Made by a program: the position numbers and the translations under genes. A stretch of 64,000 bases of DNA from Treponema sp. (GTDB lineage: Bacteria > Spirochaetota > Spirochaetia > Treponematales > Treponemataceae), in assembly GCA_041855945.1 (NCBI GenBank), contig JBHAFG010000007.1, positions 9,670 to 73,669 of the forward strand. Reading direction: 5' to 3'. Shown piece after piece: positions 17,668 to 27,450 of the stretch; position 1 is the first letter of the stretch, and each line of letters starts with the position of its first letter. The notes beneath the pieces were generated by a model that did no database searches, was not told the origin of the DNA, and was given only the letters and a program-made list of their open reading frames with translations.

Positions 17668-20600
17668 TTATTTTGAAGGACCGTCCATCGGAAGAATCTC
17701 AATCGGCTCGTAAGGTGTAATGGCTCGTATTTCCTTGTTGTACATGCTTTCCGCGAACATTGGCGGAACTGTAAACCTTCCGGAACTTACAGCCTTTGCC
17801 CTGTAGGTGAACGTATTGACCTTGTCCGTTACAGTTCCGTACACCACAACCCTGTCCTCCCGTATGTCAACATAATCGGGCGACCACGGAAGCGACGTCT
17901 GGCCGCGTATTGAACGTATGTCGGTTTCAAGACCCGCAGGCGTCATGTCTATAAGCGCGATGTTTCTCATGACGCCGCCAAGGCTTCTGAACGAAACCCT
18001 TATCTGCACAGTGTCGCCAATCTTCAACGACTTGAGCGGACTTCCGTCTTCTGAAAGTATCTGACGGCTGACCTCAAGTCCATCTGAAATCTGCTTTTTT
18101 GGAATGTCGCGTTCAAATCCCGCCTGGACGGCGCCGTAATACAGCGGCATGGACCTGTCGGAAACATAACGTATTTTTTTTGCGGACGGTGAAAATTCTC
18201 CTGCAAGGACGGAATCTCCATTCAACTGAATCTCCGTCTGGTTCTTTTCCGCGATTTCATAGATTTTGTAAACCTCGCTCTTGTCGGTGTATGCATAACT
18301 TTCAAACGCGCGTATGGCCGCCGAGGTGGAATATGTACTGTAATACCTGTATTCAAGGTGCGAGCAGAGTTCTTCAACTTCACGAGCCTTTATGTCGCCA
18401 ATCCTTGACGGAAAGTATGAGGCTACGATGTCTATGTATGTGGCGATGTAATGAAGTCCGTTGTGGTAGATCCACGACGAGTCAAACGTTTTTCTGTTCT
18501 TTACCTTCTGAAGAATTTCGTTTGCCTTCCTGTCCTGCTTGAGCATTGCGTATGAGGCGGCAAGGTAAAGACCCTCGTAGTCGCTTGCCGTGAAATTCTT
18601 TCGTGTAAGTTCTCCTTCAAGCGATTCAAGATACGATGTTGTAACAACGTCGCTTTTTGTAAGAACGTATATAGCAAACGCCCTTATGTATATTCCGTAT
18701 GAGGAATCGTCGCGTCTTGAGGCGATTGAACGAACCGCATCCAGCGTCTTTGCATACATTGAAGACGGAACGTAAAAGCCCCTGTTCTTTGCGTCAGTCA
18801 AAAATTCCGCGCAGTACAACGTTATGAAGTCGTCGTTTTCGCTCTTTCCCGTCCAGTATCCTATGTTTCCGTCTGATTTCTGGCGCGACTGTAAAATAGA
18901 AATCGTGTCCGAAACCATTTTTTCCGCGTCGGACTGTGTTTTTCCCGCAGCCTTTACAAAATCCTTGTAAAGATATGGATACGCCTTTGACGTTACCTGT
19001 TCAGAGCAGCCGTATGGATATTCCTCCAGGAATGTTTTAAGCCCGGACCTGAACGTTGTTGGAACGTTTGAAACGGAAACATTGCGTTTTGCCATTTCGT
19101 CATACAGCCTGTGGTCCACGTCTATCTCAGCCTGAGGTTTTTTGGAAAGACCCGCGTGAATCCATACCTGATAAGGCATGGATGGACGAACGCTCATCGT
19201 TGAACTTATTACAGACGATTCAGTTTCGTCCGACGCCGTAAATTTTATCTCGGCCGCGCCAAGAACGTCCTTTGCCCTGACCCTGAACTTTGCAGCAGCG
19301 TCCCTTCCCTCGGCGATTTTGAGTTTTACAGACTTTTCTCCAATTATTTCAAGATGCCTTGAGCCTTCCGCCCTGAGCAAGACGCTGTTCTCCCCCGTTC
19401 CCTTGTGGTTGTTGGTTACTGAAACGGAAACGTCGAACTCGTCGCCCGGAGCGGCCGCAAGCGGAACGTTTGGCATTATTATAAGATCGTTTGCGGCAAG
19501 CGTTGATTTCTGTTCAACTCCTATCCTGTCCTTTGACACTGCGACCGCCATTACACGTATCGTTCCGTTAAAGTAGTCTGGCACCCTGTATGTTACGCTG
19601 CGCTTTTCCGGACCTGTCTCCACTACACCCGACCAGAACGCAACGGAATCGTTCTGCCTGCGTTTGAACGGATTCAGGTTCTTTGCAAGCCTTTCCATCG
19701 CCGCGCCGCCGCCTGTAGCGGAAAGCGTCCTTAAAATATTGAATTCCGGAAGCACAAGGTCAAGAATCTGCGAGGTTCTGACCTCAAGCGCGCGTTTCTT
19801 GAAGAAGAACGCAAGCGGATCGGGAGTCCTGTATTTTGCAACCTGAAGGATTCCCTCGTCTATCGCAAATATCACGATTTTTCCAGAATCGGAAGAAGAA
19901 TAATTGATTTTCAAATCCGTTCCAGATTTTATCTCGGACGGAAATTCAAGATTTATGCTGTTCGTGCGTTTTTCCCTTCCAACAGAAAACGGAACCGCTC
20001 CGTAACAGAACGGACTCATGAAAATTTCTTCGGAAGAGGCGGATCTTGCATACATTACGTTTATGTATCCGTTTCCCTCGATGTCTTCTGGAATCTGTAT
20101 TGTCTGCACAGTTGAAAGTTCGGAAGTCTTGAACCATTTGTATGTGTACAGCCTGTCGCGTTCAACCGTTATAAGTCCGTAGCCCTCGTAAGGCGCCTTT
20201 ATGAAAACTTTTGCGACGGAGCCGGGGTTCAAGTCGGCGGATTCAAGTTTTATGTCAAGTTCCGCGGTGCGTGTAAGGCTTCGCGAAACGTTCCTGTCGC
20301 CCACAATCGTATAACTTATCGAGTTGAACACAAGTCCTTCCGAATCGGAAAGCGTAATCCTGTATTCTCCGGGATTCTGGGAAGGCACGAAAAATTCCGT
20401 TCCGTTCCGTGAAATCTCAATCTTCCTTGACTCCACGGGATATGTCTTTTTGACGGACTGATATTTGTAAAGTCCGTTGTGCTGCTTTACCAGAGTTGAA
20501 ACATAACGCACTTCTTCTATTGAAAGCGTAACGTCGGAAAGTGAAATCTGTTCAAGATTCTGGTCTATCGCGATGAACGAAAGTTTGCGCTTTGAATTGG

Positions 20601-23340
20601 CGTTTATGTAGTCCAGTTTTCCGTCGGCCTTGTAGCCCACAAGATGTCTTAACGGAGAAACATACACGCTGGACTGCGACGACACGCTTCTTCCGCCCGC
20701 CTTTTCAAATCCTTCGGCAAAGAACGAAAGCCTGTACGTGGCCCTCTCGAATTTTGCAAGGTCAAGTTCAAATGAAACCTCGCCGTTGTCGTCCGCCACG
20801 GTGTTTCCAAGAAAAACCTCATGCGACGAACCTTCCTTGAACGGATCTGAAAATTTGTAGTCCGAATATCTGTACAGCATCGGAAAGCCCGGCGTAAGAA
20901 GAAGATTCGCCTTTACGGCGTGTCCCGCGGCCGGAGTTCCAAAAAGATTTTTAAGATGCACAGTTCCCTTGAGTTCTCCGGGATTTATCCAGCCCTTTCC
21001 CGGAAGCGGATCAAAGCCCGTTGTTATGGAAAGACTGTCCGGCAGATATTCCTCGATTTTTACGTTTTCAGATGCAAGGAAATTTCGTTCCGTCCTGTCC
21101 TTGTATTCCTTTATAAAATATAGATTTGCGCTATAATTTCCTGTTGGCGAATAGTCCTGCGTTTTAAAACTGATTTCCTCAAAGCCTGACGAGGAAAGCT
21201 GAAGTCTCCTTGTATAAATCACAGAGCCGTTTGAGTCCACAACCTCCGCCTCAAGAGGAGTTCCCCTAAGGTCTATGTTCCAGTCGTTTGCCTTTGCAAT
21301 CATTGCAAGGTGGACTTCCTCGCCGGGACGGTACATTCCACGGTCGCTGAACATATAGGCGGAAATCTTTGCAGGGTCGGAATTTCCGTATTCTCCGCCA
21401 ACGTCAAAATTTGAATAGTCAAGGACGCGTCCGTTTTCGGAATAAGGCATGAACGAAAGGTCGTTTGAAGTTTCAACCACAAACGCTGTAGGTGTATGTT
21501 CGCCCGTATAGCCTGAAATCGCAGGAAACCAGGCCCGGCCTCCGCCGTCCGTTCTTGCAGTAAGGATTGCGTTTCCGTTCAGCCCGATTATGCGTACGGA
21601 CGCGTCGGCAATTGGGCTTCCGCCTGAAATCGACTGCACAAAAACGTTCCGAGTTCCATCGCTGTTCTTCTTTACGATGAATCCAATGTCCGTTACAAGA
21701 ATCAGCCTTCTGTCGGAAAGAGATTGCTGTCTGCCGTAATAATAATTTTCCTGCCGTCCAAGCCTTGATTCTGTGTCCGTCACCTGGAATATGAAAAGTC
21801 CGTTTGCAAGGTTCTTCCCAGGATTTGAAGACATCTTTTCGCCAAGGTCGTACGAAAAATACGAAACGTATCTGTCGCTTGCGCCCGCAATCTTGAAAGA
21901 GCTTACCTCGGATTCCGCTATGTTGTTCTCGCTGAAGTTGTATGTGTTGAAGTTGAAGTTCCTCATGTTTCCGTTTGACATGGAAACAAGGTGGTTCACG
22001 TCCTTCGGCATGATTCTTGAAAGACGGAAATACGCCGTATCGACTCCGCGCGAATAAATCGCAAGCCTCCTGCTTCCTGAAAGCGAAAGAATCGTTCCCT
22101 CCGACATTATCGAAAGTTCCCTTGGATATTTTGGAACTGGAACGCACCTGGAATATACGTTCTGAGAATTGTCAAAATGCAGTCTGTATCCGCCAAAAAA
22201 ATTCAGGTCGCCGTCAATCTTTACGTAAAGGTAGCGTCCCGCCGTAGCGTTGAACCTGAAACTGTTTATTGAAGATGCGGGTTCAGGCGTTGGAACAGGG
22301 TCAAGCGAAATCTTTTTTGACATTCCAAGAATCTCGTCCGTGCAGAACTCTGCGCTCCAGGCGTAATTTTCAACCGCATTCCAGCCTTCCATCTCCGGCC
22401 TGTCCTTTGGAAGTTCGTATACGGAAATCTTTTCGTGAATTTCCTCCACTGAAACAGAACCCTTCGTTTCAAGCACGAGCATCTGGTCGTAATTGTTTGA
22501 ACTGTTTTTTACAAGCGACGCCGAAATTCCTTCTATGCGGACAAAATCGCTCATTCCAGGAATCGAAACGCCCTCGCTCGACTCATAGCCCGACTTTCCG
22601 CCAACCTTCGCCTCTATTCCCTTTTTCATGGAAACGACCACGCTTGAAGTGTACGGCGGAATCGGAAGGCTGTCCGAAACGATATACGCCTCTGAAAAAT
22701 CCTTGCTCATCGAAACTTCAAACGGAACTGACTCCGAACGGATTTTTCTTCCCCTTGAATCAAGATATACAAAATCCATTGAAACGCATTTTCTTACGGA
22801 TTCCATTTCCATTGGATGCGAGGAACGGATTGCGGCGGTAACACGTTTTTCCTGCGGATTCTGGGGATTTATGTAGAATTCAGGACTGCGAAGAGATGTT
22901 GAGAACGCCTCGGTCTTGAAGGTGAACGAATTCTTTACGCTGACGTTCTTTGAAAAAATCGACTCCGGCATTGAAACCTTGTATTTTCCGTCCAAGGCCC
23001 ACGCGGATTTTGGAGTGAACGTAAGCACGGAGTCGCTCGACCACTGCCATTTTCCGGCGATTTCAGGCAAAATTAAAATCGGGGCGCTTGGCTCCCTGTC
23101 CACCTCGTCAAGCCCTGCCACAGAACCGTCGAACATTACAGAAAGAACTTCAGGCGTTCCGTCCGGATTTGGCCTTCCCGAAGGCTCATGCACGCTGTAT
23201 GAAACCGGAACCTTTGACTTTGAGCCGGACTTTACGCTGTGCCTTGTATACCTTGACTCCTCCTTGGTGGACGAACAGGAAAATACAAGTGCGGAAAAAA
23301 TCAATGCAAAAAAAATTACAATGCGGCGGCAAGTTTTCAT
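17668..23340 (-). CDS. yfhM: bacterial alpha-2-macroglobulin family lipoprotein (YfhM-type, thioester-containing)
   Basis: About 1890 aa. Lipobox LVFSCSS after MKTCRRIVIFFALIF (GGAGGAG RBS; ORF-track start at 23412 is probably too long). Thioester motif YPYGCSEQ encoded at 18997-19008. Paired with pbpC. Confidence 0.9.
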   Translation of the reverse strand: MKTCRRIVIFFALIFSALVFSCSSTKEESRYTRHSVKSGSKSKVPVSYSVHEPSGRPNPDGTPEVLSVMFDGSVAGLDEVDREPSAPILILPEIAGKWQWSSDSVLTFTPKSAWALDGKYKVSMPESIFSKNVSVKNSFTFKTEAFSTSLRSPEFYINPQNPQEKRVTAAIRSSHPMEMESVRKCVSMDFVYLDSRGRKIRSESVPFEVSMSKDFSEAYIVSDSLPIPPYTSSVVVSMKKGIEAKVGGKSGYESSEGVSIPGMSDFVRIEGISASLVKNSSNNYDQMLVLETKGSVSVEEIHEKISVYELPKDRPEMEGWNAVENYAWSAEFCTDEILGMSKKISLDPVPTPEPASSINSFRFNATAGRYLYVKIDGDLNFFGGYRLHFDNSQNVYSRCVPVPKYPRELSIMSEGTILSLSGSRRLAIYSRGVDTAYFRLSRIMPKDVNHLVSMSNGNMRNFNFNTYNFSENNIAESEVSSFKIAGASDRYVSYFSYDLGEKMSSNPGKNLANGLFIFQVTDTESRLGRQENYYYGRQQSLSDRRLILVTDIGFIVKKNSDGTRNVFVQSISGGSPIADASVRIIGLNGNAILTARTDGGGRAWFPAISGYTGEHTPTAFVVETSNDLSFMPYSENGRVLDYSNFDVGGEYGNSDPAKISAYMFSDRGMYRPGEEVHLAMIAKANDWNIDLRGTPLEAEVVDSNGSVIYTRRLQLSSSGFEEISFKTQDYSPTGNYSANLYFIKEYKDRTERNFLASENVKIEEYLPDSLSITTGFDPLPGKGWINPGELKGTVHLKNLFGTPAAGHAVKANLLLTPGFPMLYRYSDYKFSDPFKEGSSHEVFLGNTVADDNGEVSFELDLAKFERATYRLSFFAEGFEKAGGRSVSSQSSVYVSPLRHLVGYKADGKLDYINANSKRKLSFIAIDQNLEQISLSDVTLSIEEVRYVSTLVKQHNGLYKYQSVKKTYPVESRKIEISRNGTEFFVPSQNPGEYRITLSDSEGLVFNSISYTIVGDRNVSRSLTRTAELDIKLESADLNPGSVAKVFIKAPYEGYGLITVERDRLYTYKWFKTSELSTVQTIQIPEDIEGNGYINVMYARSASSEEIFMSPFCYGAVPFSVGREKRTNSINLEFPSEIKSGTDLKINYSSSDSGKIVIFAIDEGILQVAKYRTPDPLAFFFKKRALEVRTSQILDLVLPEFNILRTLSATGGGAAMERLAKNLNPFKRRQNDSVAFWSGVVETGPEKRSVTYRVPDYFNGTIRVMAVAVSKDRIGVEQKSTLAANDLIIMPNVPLAAAPGDEFDVSVSVTNNHKGTGENSVLLRAEGSRHLEIIGEKSVKLKIAEGRDAAAKFRVRAKDVLGAAEIKFTASDETESSVISSTMSVRPSMPYQVWIHAGLSKKPQAEIDVDHRLYDEMAKRNVSVSNVPTTFRSGLKTFLEEYPYGCSEQVTSKAYPYLYKDFVKAAGKTQSDAEKMVSDTISILQSRQKSDGNIGYWTGKSENDDFITLYCAEFLTDAKNRGFYVPSSMYAKTLDAVRSIASRRDDSSYGIYIRAFAIYVLTKSDVVTTSYLESLEGELTRKNFTASDYEGLYLAASYAMLKQDRKANEILQKVKNRKTFDSSWIYHNGLHYIATYIDIVASYFPSRIGDIKAREVEELCSHLEYRYYSTYSTSAAIRAFESYAYTDKSEVYKIYEIAEKNQTEIQLNGDSVLAGEFSPSAKKIRYVSDRSMPLYYGAVQAGFERDIPKKQISDGLEVSRQILSEDGSPLKSLKIGDTVQIRVSFRSLGGVMRNIALIDMTPAGLETDIRSIRGQTSLPWSPDYVDIREDRVVVYGTVTDKVNTFTYRAKAVSSGRFTVPPMFAESMYNKEIRAITPYEPIEILPMDGPSK

Positions 23341-23480
23341 AACTCCTCCAAAATAATAGCAGCGGTGACTGTATTGATGTCTGTTTGTGGACGAAGGGGT
23401 CTTCCCCTGCACATTTTTTTGTTATATCTTACAGAGTCATTGTACAGAGTATTACATAAAAAAGGAAGTTTAAAAAATTC

Positions 23481-24152
23481 CTACACAGACCTGTACAGTA
23501 TGCACGGACGTCCGCCTGTCTCGTAGTTCATGTCCTGTTCAATCCGCCTGTGTTCCGCAAGGTAGTTCAGGTAATGGCGTACAGTCACGATTGAGATGTT
23601 CAGTTTTTCAGAAACCATGTCGGTGCTGTGCCAGCCTGAGTTTTCAACAAAAAAATCCAGGATGGTTTTCAAGGTTTTTTCCTGGATTCCCTTTGGATAG
23701 GTCTTGCGTTCAGGTCTTGCCGCGGCAAGAAGAAGGCTGTCAACATCGTTCTGGTCCAGAATCAAGGCATCCCTCAAGGCGTTTGTCTTTGCGACAAATT
23801 TTTCAAGCGCGGCCTGAAGCCTCTCGTATGAAAACGGCTTTATAAGATAGTCCAACACGCCAAGGTGCATGGTTTCCTCAATGGTACGGGAATCGTTCGC
23901 CGCGGTTACCATGACAACCTCGGTGCAGAGTTTTTTTTCACGTATTTTTTTGAGGGTTTCAATTCCGTCCATGTATGGCATGAAAACGTCAAGCACGACA
24001 AGATCAACTTCATTGCAGTCAAGAAATTTCAGCGCCTCGCGTCCGTTCCTGCACGAGCCTGCAACGACAAAATCCCTGTTCTTGCATACATAACGCTCGT
24101 TTATCATGGAAACCATAGGGTCGTCCTCAACAATCAGAACTTTATAACTCAT
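23481..24152 (-). CDS. two-component response regulator, CitB/DcuR (DpiA-like) family
   Basis: REC domain (KVLIVEDDPMV ... DLVVLDVFMPYMDG ... VVMVTAAND) plus C-terminal HTH. 4-nt overlap with the kinase gene. Confidence 0.85.
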   Translation of the reverse strand: MSYKVLIVEDDPMVSMINERYVCKNRDFVVAGSCRNGREALKFLDCNEVDLVVLDVFMPYMDGIETLKKIREKKLCTEVVMVTAANDSRTIEETMHLGVLDYLIKPFSYERLQAALEKFVAKTNALRDALILDQNDVDSLLLAAARPERKTYPKGIQEKTLKTILDFFVENSGWHSTDMVSEKLNISIVTVRHYLNYLAEHRRIEQDMNYETGGRPCILYRSV

Positions 24153-25432
24153 CTTGATTCCCCCTGTTTTTTTACGCGCCCCTCAAAACTCACCATGAAG
24201 CAGGCGCCGCTTCCTGCCTGGCTTTCAACGGAAATTGAACCGCCAAGGCTTTCCACAAGCTGTCTTGTATGAAAAAGCCCCACTCCCCTGCCCTCGCCCT
24301 TTGTGGAAAATCCCTTTTCAAAGACTTTTGCAAGGTTTTCTTCAGAAATTCCAGGCCCCGAATCTTTTACGGTCATAAGAAATCTTCCGGGTTTTGTGAA
24401 CACTCCAAATACAAGGACATTCGAGCCTTCCCCCCCGTCCGGTGAAAAAAAATTCATAGCGTCTATCGCGTTGTCGATGAGGTTTCCCGTTATGGTAACA
24501 AGGGCCGCGCCTGGTATTTCGATGTCGGATTCCCTGAAACACAGTCCTTCCTGCAGGACGAATTTCACATTACATTCAGATGCGCGTGCGATTTTTCCTA
24601 TAAGAAGCGCCGCGAACGAAGGATTTTCAATGCACTTCATCACACGCCCTACCGTCTCCCTCTGAATCAAAGATATGTTTTCAATGTACGAAACCGCCCT
24701 GTCATAGTCGCCGATTTGAACCAGGCCCAGAATCACGTGCAGTTTGTTTGTAAAGTCGTGGCTGTTCGCGCGCATTGAGTCCACAAGGAATTTAGTTCCC
24801 TCAAAATCCTCCGCGAACTCCACAAGCCTTTCCTTTATGTTCTTGAAAATCCACGAACATATTGCAAGTTCCATCAGAATCGCAGACAGCGTTACAATCA
24901 CAAAAAGTCCCACCGTCCTTTCCGTAACGCTCATCATTGATTTTTTAAGGCGTATCGCCATTATGAAGCCCGAATAGTTTCCGTGTTCGTCGTAGAACGC
25001 GCTGTACGTCCTGCGCTGCGGACCTGAAGGACCTATGTCGTTTTCCGTATAGAAGCCCCTGGTGTGGCATGAAAAATCAGGAAGAGTTCCGTCGTATTGC
25101 GTGTTTACAAGATGGCGGTTCGTGTGGTAGATGCGGTTATTGTTCACGTCGACGATTGAAATCACGTCAACCTCTGAAAGTTCCCCCACTACGCAATCCA
25201 TATAGGCGCAAAGTTCCGTCTGGCTGAAATCCCTTGTAAAATAAAAAAGCCTGTTTACAAGTGCGGATGTGCTTTGCAGTTCCTTGCTGAGCGCCCTGTC
25301 GTTCAGTCCTATGTTTATTACAGCCCCGCCAAACGCCATCAGCACCGTGGTGGAAATTATCAAAACCAGCTGCGTAATCTGAATCTTCCGCCTTAAAACC
25401 TCAAGGGTTCCCCTACATTCCTTTTCCATCAT
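24149..25432 (-). CDS. sensor histidine kinase, CitA/DcuS (SpoOB-type phosphoacceptor) family
   Basis: Two TM segments bracket a sensor domain. RANSHDFTNKLHVILGLVQ phosphoacceptor helix. HATPase N/G boxes (GNLIDNAIDA, DSGPGI, GEGRGVGL). Start chosen at MMEKECRG; uncertain. Confidence 0.8.
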   Translation of the reverse strand: MMEKECRGTLEVLRRKIQITQLVLIISTTVLMAFGGAVINIGLNDRALSKELQSTSALVNRLFYFTRDFSQTELCAYMDCVVGELSEVDVISIVDVNNNRIYHTNRHLVNTQYDGTLPDFSCHTRGFYTENDIGPSGPQRRTYSAFYDEHGNYSGFIMAIRLKKSMMSVTERTVGLFVIVTLSAILMELAICSWIFKNIKERLVEFAEDFEGTKFLVDSMRANSHDFTNKLHVILGLVQIGDYDRAVSYIENISLIQRETVGRVMKCIENPSFAALLIGKIARASECNVKFVLQEGLCFRESDIEIPGAALVTITGNLIDNAIDAMNFFSPDGGEGSNVLVFGVFTKPGRFLMTVKDSGPGISEENLAKVFEKGFSTKGEGRGVGLFHTRQLVESLGGSISVESQAGSGACFMVSFEGRVKKQGESR

Positions 25433-25605
25433 GTGGAAACTATACACCCTTTCTGAACTTTCAAAAGCCTTTTTAAAGTAAAAAAAGTCGTTCTGCAAAA
25501 TGAAAACGCCTTTTAATCTTTCAAAAAATTGTACACGAAGGAAGAACAACATATCATCAAGGCATAAAAACAGGCGCAAGACCTGTAAAGTTTAAGGAGT
25601 AAAAA

Positions 25606-26613
25606 ATGAACATTCCACATCTTCTTGAGGCGGCGATGCTTGTCTGCTTCGGTTTTTCATGGCCGCTGAACGTGGTGAAGGCGTACAGGTCGAACACCGC
25701 AAAGGGCACGAGCCTCGCCTTCATAACGCTTATAATTACAGGGTACGTCGCGGGAATCATGGCAAAAATCATAAACCGCCAGATAAATTACGTCCTCGCG
25801 GTATATTTTTTGAACCTTCTGATTGTATCGCTGAACGTCGCGGTCTACATACGGAACAAATCGCTGGACAGAAAAAGAAATGAAAACTCCGCTTCTTTTT
25901 CAGGAAGCGAAAAAATACTCCAGTTTAAAAAATCCAGGCTGGAAGAACTTTTGATGCAAGATGAAAAGGAGGATGAAATGGGCGTGAACTATTCAAATTC
26001 GCTGGACGAAGTCATAAATCCTGCGCAGAAAACCTTGGCGGAAGAAAAAAACTCCGTGATCCTTCTTGGCGGCTCGCTAGACCTGAAAATTCCGGTTGCA
26101 GCCCTTTCAAGGGAATTCAGCTTCAACTTTGAAATCTACAACAAAAGCCAGGCGGAAATCTCTCTGCTGGATGCAAAAAAGATTTTCTTGGAAAAAATAA
26201 GGGCGCTTGAGCCCGAGGGAATCATCCTCCACCTTGGAGAAAACGACAGGGCGCTTTTTAAAAACAGGGCGTCCGACTTCGACGGGCTTTACATTTCTCT
26301 GATTGAAGACATAAGACGCGAGAACGGAAAGTGCCGCATCGCCGTGGTTTCGCTTTTGAACACAAAAAAAGAAAAAACAGTTTCAGAAATGAACAGGCAC
26401 ATAAGGGCGGTCGCCGAGGCGGAACGCTGCACTTTCGTGAACCTTGAGGACGCCAGGCTGTGGAATCCCGAGGCAACCAGGGCCGCGGTCGACTTTGCAT
26501 ACAGCACGGGGCTCAGAACAAGAAAGCCGCTCAGGAACGTCGCAGAAATCCTTTACGGATACGCGTACAAAAACCTGGTCCTGGAAAACAGCGAAAAAAA
26601 TCTTGTGGGCTAG
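25606..26613 (+). CDS. fusion protein: N-terminal 3-TM PQ-loop/SemiSWEET-like domain + C-terminal SGNH/GDSL-like domain
   Basis: N-terminus FGFSWPLNVVKAYRSNTAKGTSLAF fits the PQ-loop pattern with 3 TM helices. The C-terminal half has VILLGGSLD (block I-like) and ILHLGENDRA (GxND block III-like). Confidence 0.5.
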   Translation: MNIPHLLEAAMLVCFGFSWPLNVVKAYRSNTAKGTSLAFITLIITGYVAGIMAKIINRQINYVLAVYFLNLLIVSLNVAVYIRNKSLDRKRNENSASFSGSEKILQFKKSRLEELLMQDEKEDEMGVNYSNSLDEVINPAQKTLAEEKNSVILLGGSLDLKIPVAALSREFSFNFEIYNKSQAEISLLDAKKIFLEKIRALEPEGIILHLGENDRALFKNRASDFDGLYISLIEDIRRENGKCRIAVVSLLNTKKEKTVSEMNRHIRAVAEAERCTFVNLEDARLWNPEATRAAVDFAYSTGLRTRKPLRNVAEILYGYAYKNLVLENSEKNLVG

Positions 26614-27101
26614 GATTCTGAAAGAAAGTCCTGGACGTCAAGTTTTTTTCCGTCCAGGACCGCCTCCGAAAGTTCTCCACCGAAATACACAAGTTTAAGC
26701 GAAAAAAACGGAGTGTTCCTGTCAAGAAGCGAAAGAAAAATCTCGTCTCCCTTCCAGTGTGGAAGCAGTTTCATCCTGGATTTTTCAACCCATTCAAGGT
26801 CGCCCTCGTCGCAGTCCATGAGGCTTCCCTCAAAATCTGAACTCCAGAAAAGATGCATGTATTCTGTGAAATTTCCGTCCGAAACGAAGGTAACAATTCC
26901 ACGGTATTCAAGGCTTGAAAGCGAAAGCCCCGTTTCCTCAAGCACCTCGCGTACGGCACATTCCTCCGGGCTTTCGCCCTCAAGGAACTTTCCGCCTATT
27001 CCAATCCACTTGTCAAGGTTCACGTCGTCCTTCTTCCTGTTCCTGTGGAGCATAAGATACCGTTTGTCTTTTTCAATATATACAAGGCTTGTGTTCTGCA
27101 T
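26610..27101 (-). CDS. Nudix hydrolase (MutT/8-oxo-dGTPase-like)
   Basis: Nudix box GIGGKFLEGESPEECAVREVLEETGL. Confidence 0.85.
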   Translation of the reverse strand: MQNTSLVYIEKDKRYLMLHRNRKKDDVNLDKWIGIGGKFLEGESPEECAVREVLEETGLSLSSLEYRGIVTFVSDGNFTEYMHLFWSSDFEGSLMDCDEGDLEWVEKSRMKLLPHWKGDEIFLSLLDRNTPFFSLKLVYFGGELSEAVLDGKKLDVQDFLSES

Positions 27102-27145
27102 GGCTGTGATTGTATATAAAAGAAAGTCGGCTTGTCCATATTTAC

Positions 27146-27338
27146 AGGTAACAGTTCAAATGAAAAAAGAGCCGGCTCAAGGTAACAGCATGAAGGAATT
27201 CATCCACAATGTTACGTGCATGGAAGCCCTTCAAGGTAACAGCATGACGGAAAATGCCTGAAATCTATTTTGTTGCATTACAAAGACTTGCAGGGGCCTA
27301 AAAAACACAGGTAACAGGAACGATGAAAAAGGTAACAC
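27146..27338 (+). repeat. five direct iterons AGGTAACAG-N(1 or 5)-ATGA (cores at 27146, 27180, 27234, 27309, 27330), candidate oriV
   Basis: Copies read aggtaacagttcaaatga, aggtaacagcatga (x2), aggtaacaggaacgatga and aggtaacactttaaatga. A sixth, inverted copy at 27443-27451 overlaps the repA stop. An AT-rich stretch at 27348-27400 follows. Confidence 0.75.
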
Positions 27339-27412
27339 TTTAAATGATTCTTCTATATACTCAATTAATACCAATTAATATATTTAAAACCTAGTAGCAG
27401 GAACGTGGATTC

Positions 27413-27421
27413 TGTGGATAA
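27413..27421 (-). promoter_or_regulatory. perfect DnaA box (TTATCCACA on the minus strand) between iterons/AT-rich tract and repA
   Basis: Plus strand reads tgtggataa. A degenerate second box (acgtggatt) lies immediately upstream at 27404-27412. Confidence 0.55.
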
Positions 27422-27450
27422 CCTGAATTTCTTTCACCCGGTCTGTTACC

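Noticed and set aside
21473-22147. 224-aa minus-strand ORF inside the alpha-2-macroglobulin gene (alternate frame), plus several 60-190-aa ORFs on both strands within 17668-23412
   Set aside because: All overlap the 1.9k-aa a2m CDS, which has strong family motifs. Their translations are Arg/Lys/Cys-rich junk with no motifs.
24430-24452. Adjacent homopolymers (C7 and A8 on the plus strand) inside the histidine-kinase CDS as a possible phase-variation switch
   Set aside because: The tracts are short relative to known contingency loci (usually 9 or more). The frame is intact and there is no supporting evidence.
26610-26613. The converging PQ-loop/SGNH and Nudix genes share the palindrome CTAG as overlapping stop codons
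   Set aside because: This is a curiosity of gene packing only, with no functional inference possible.
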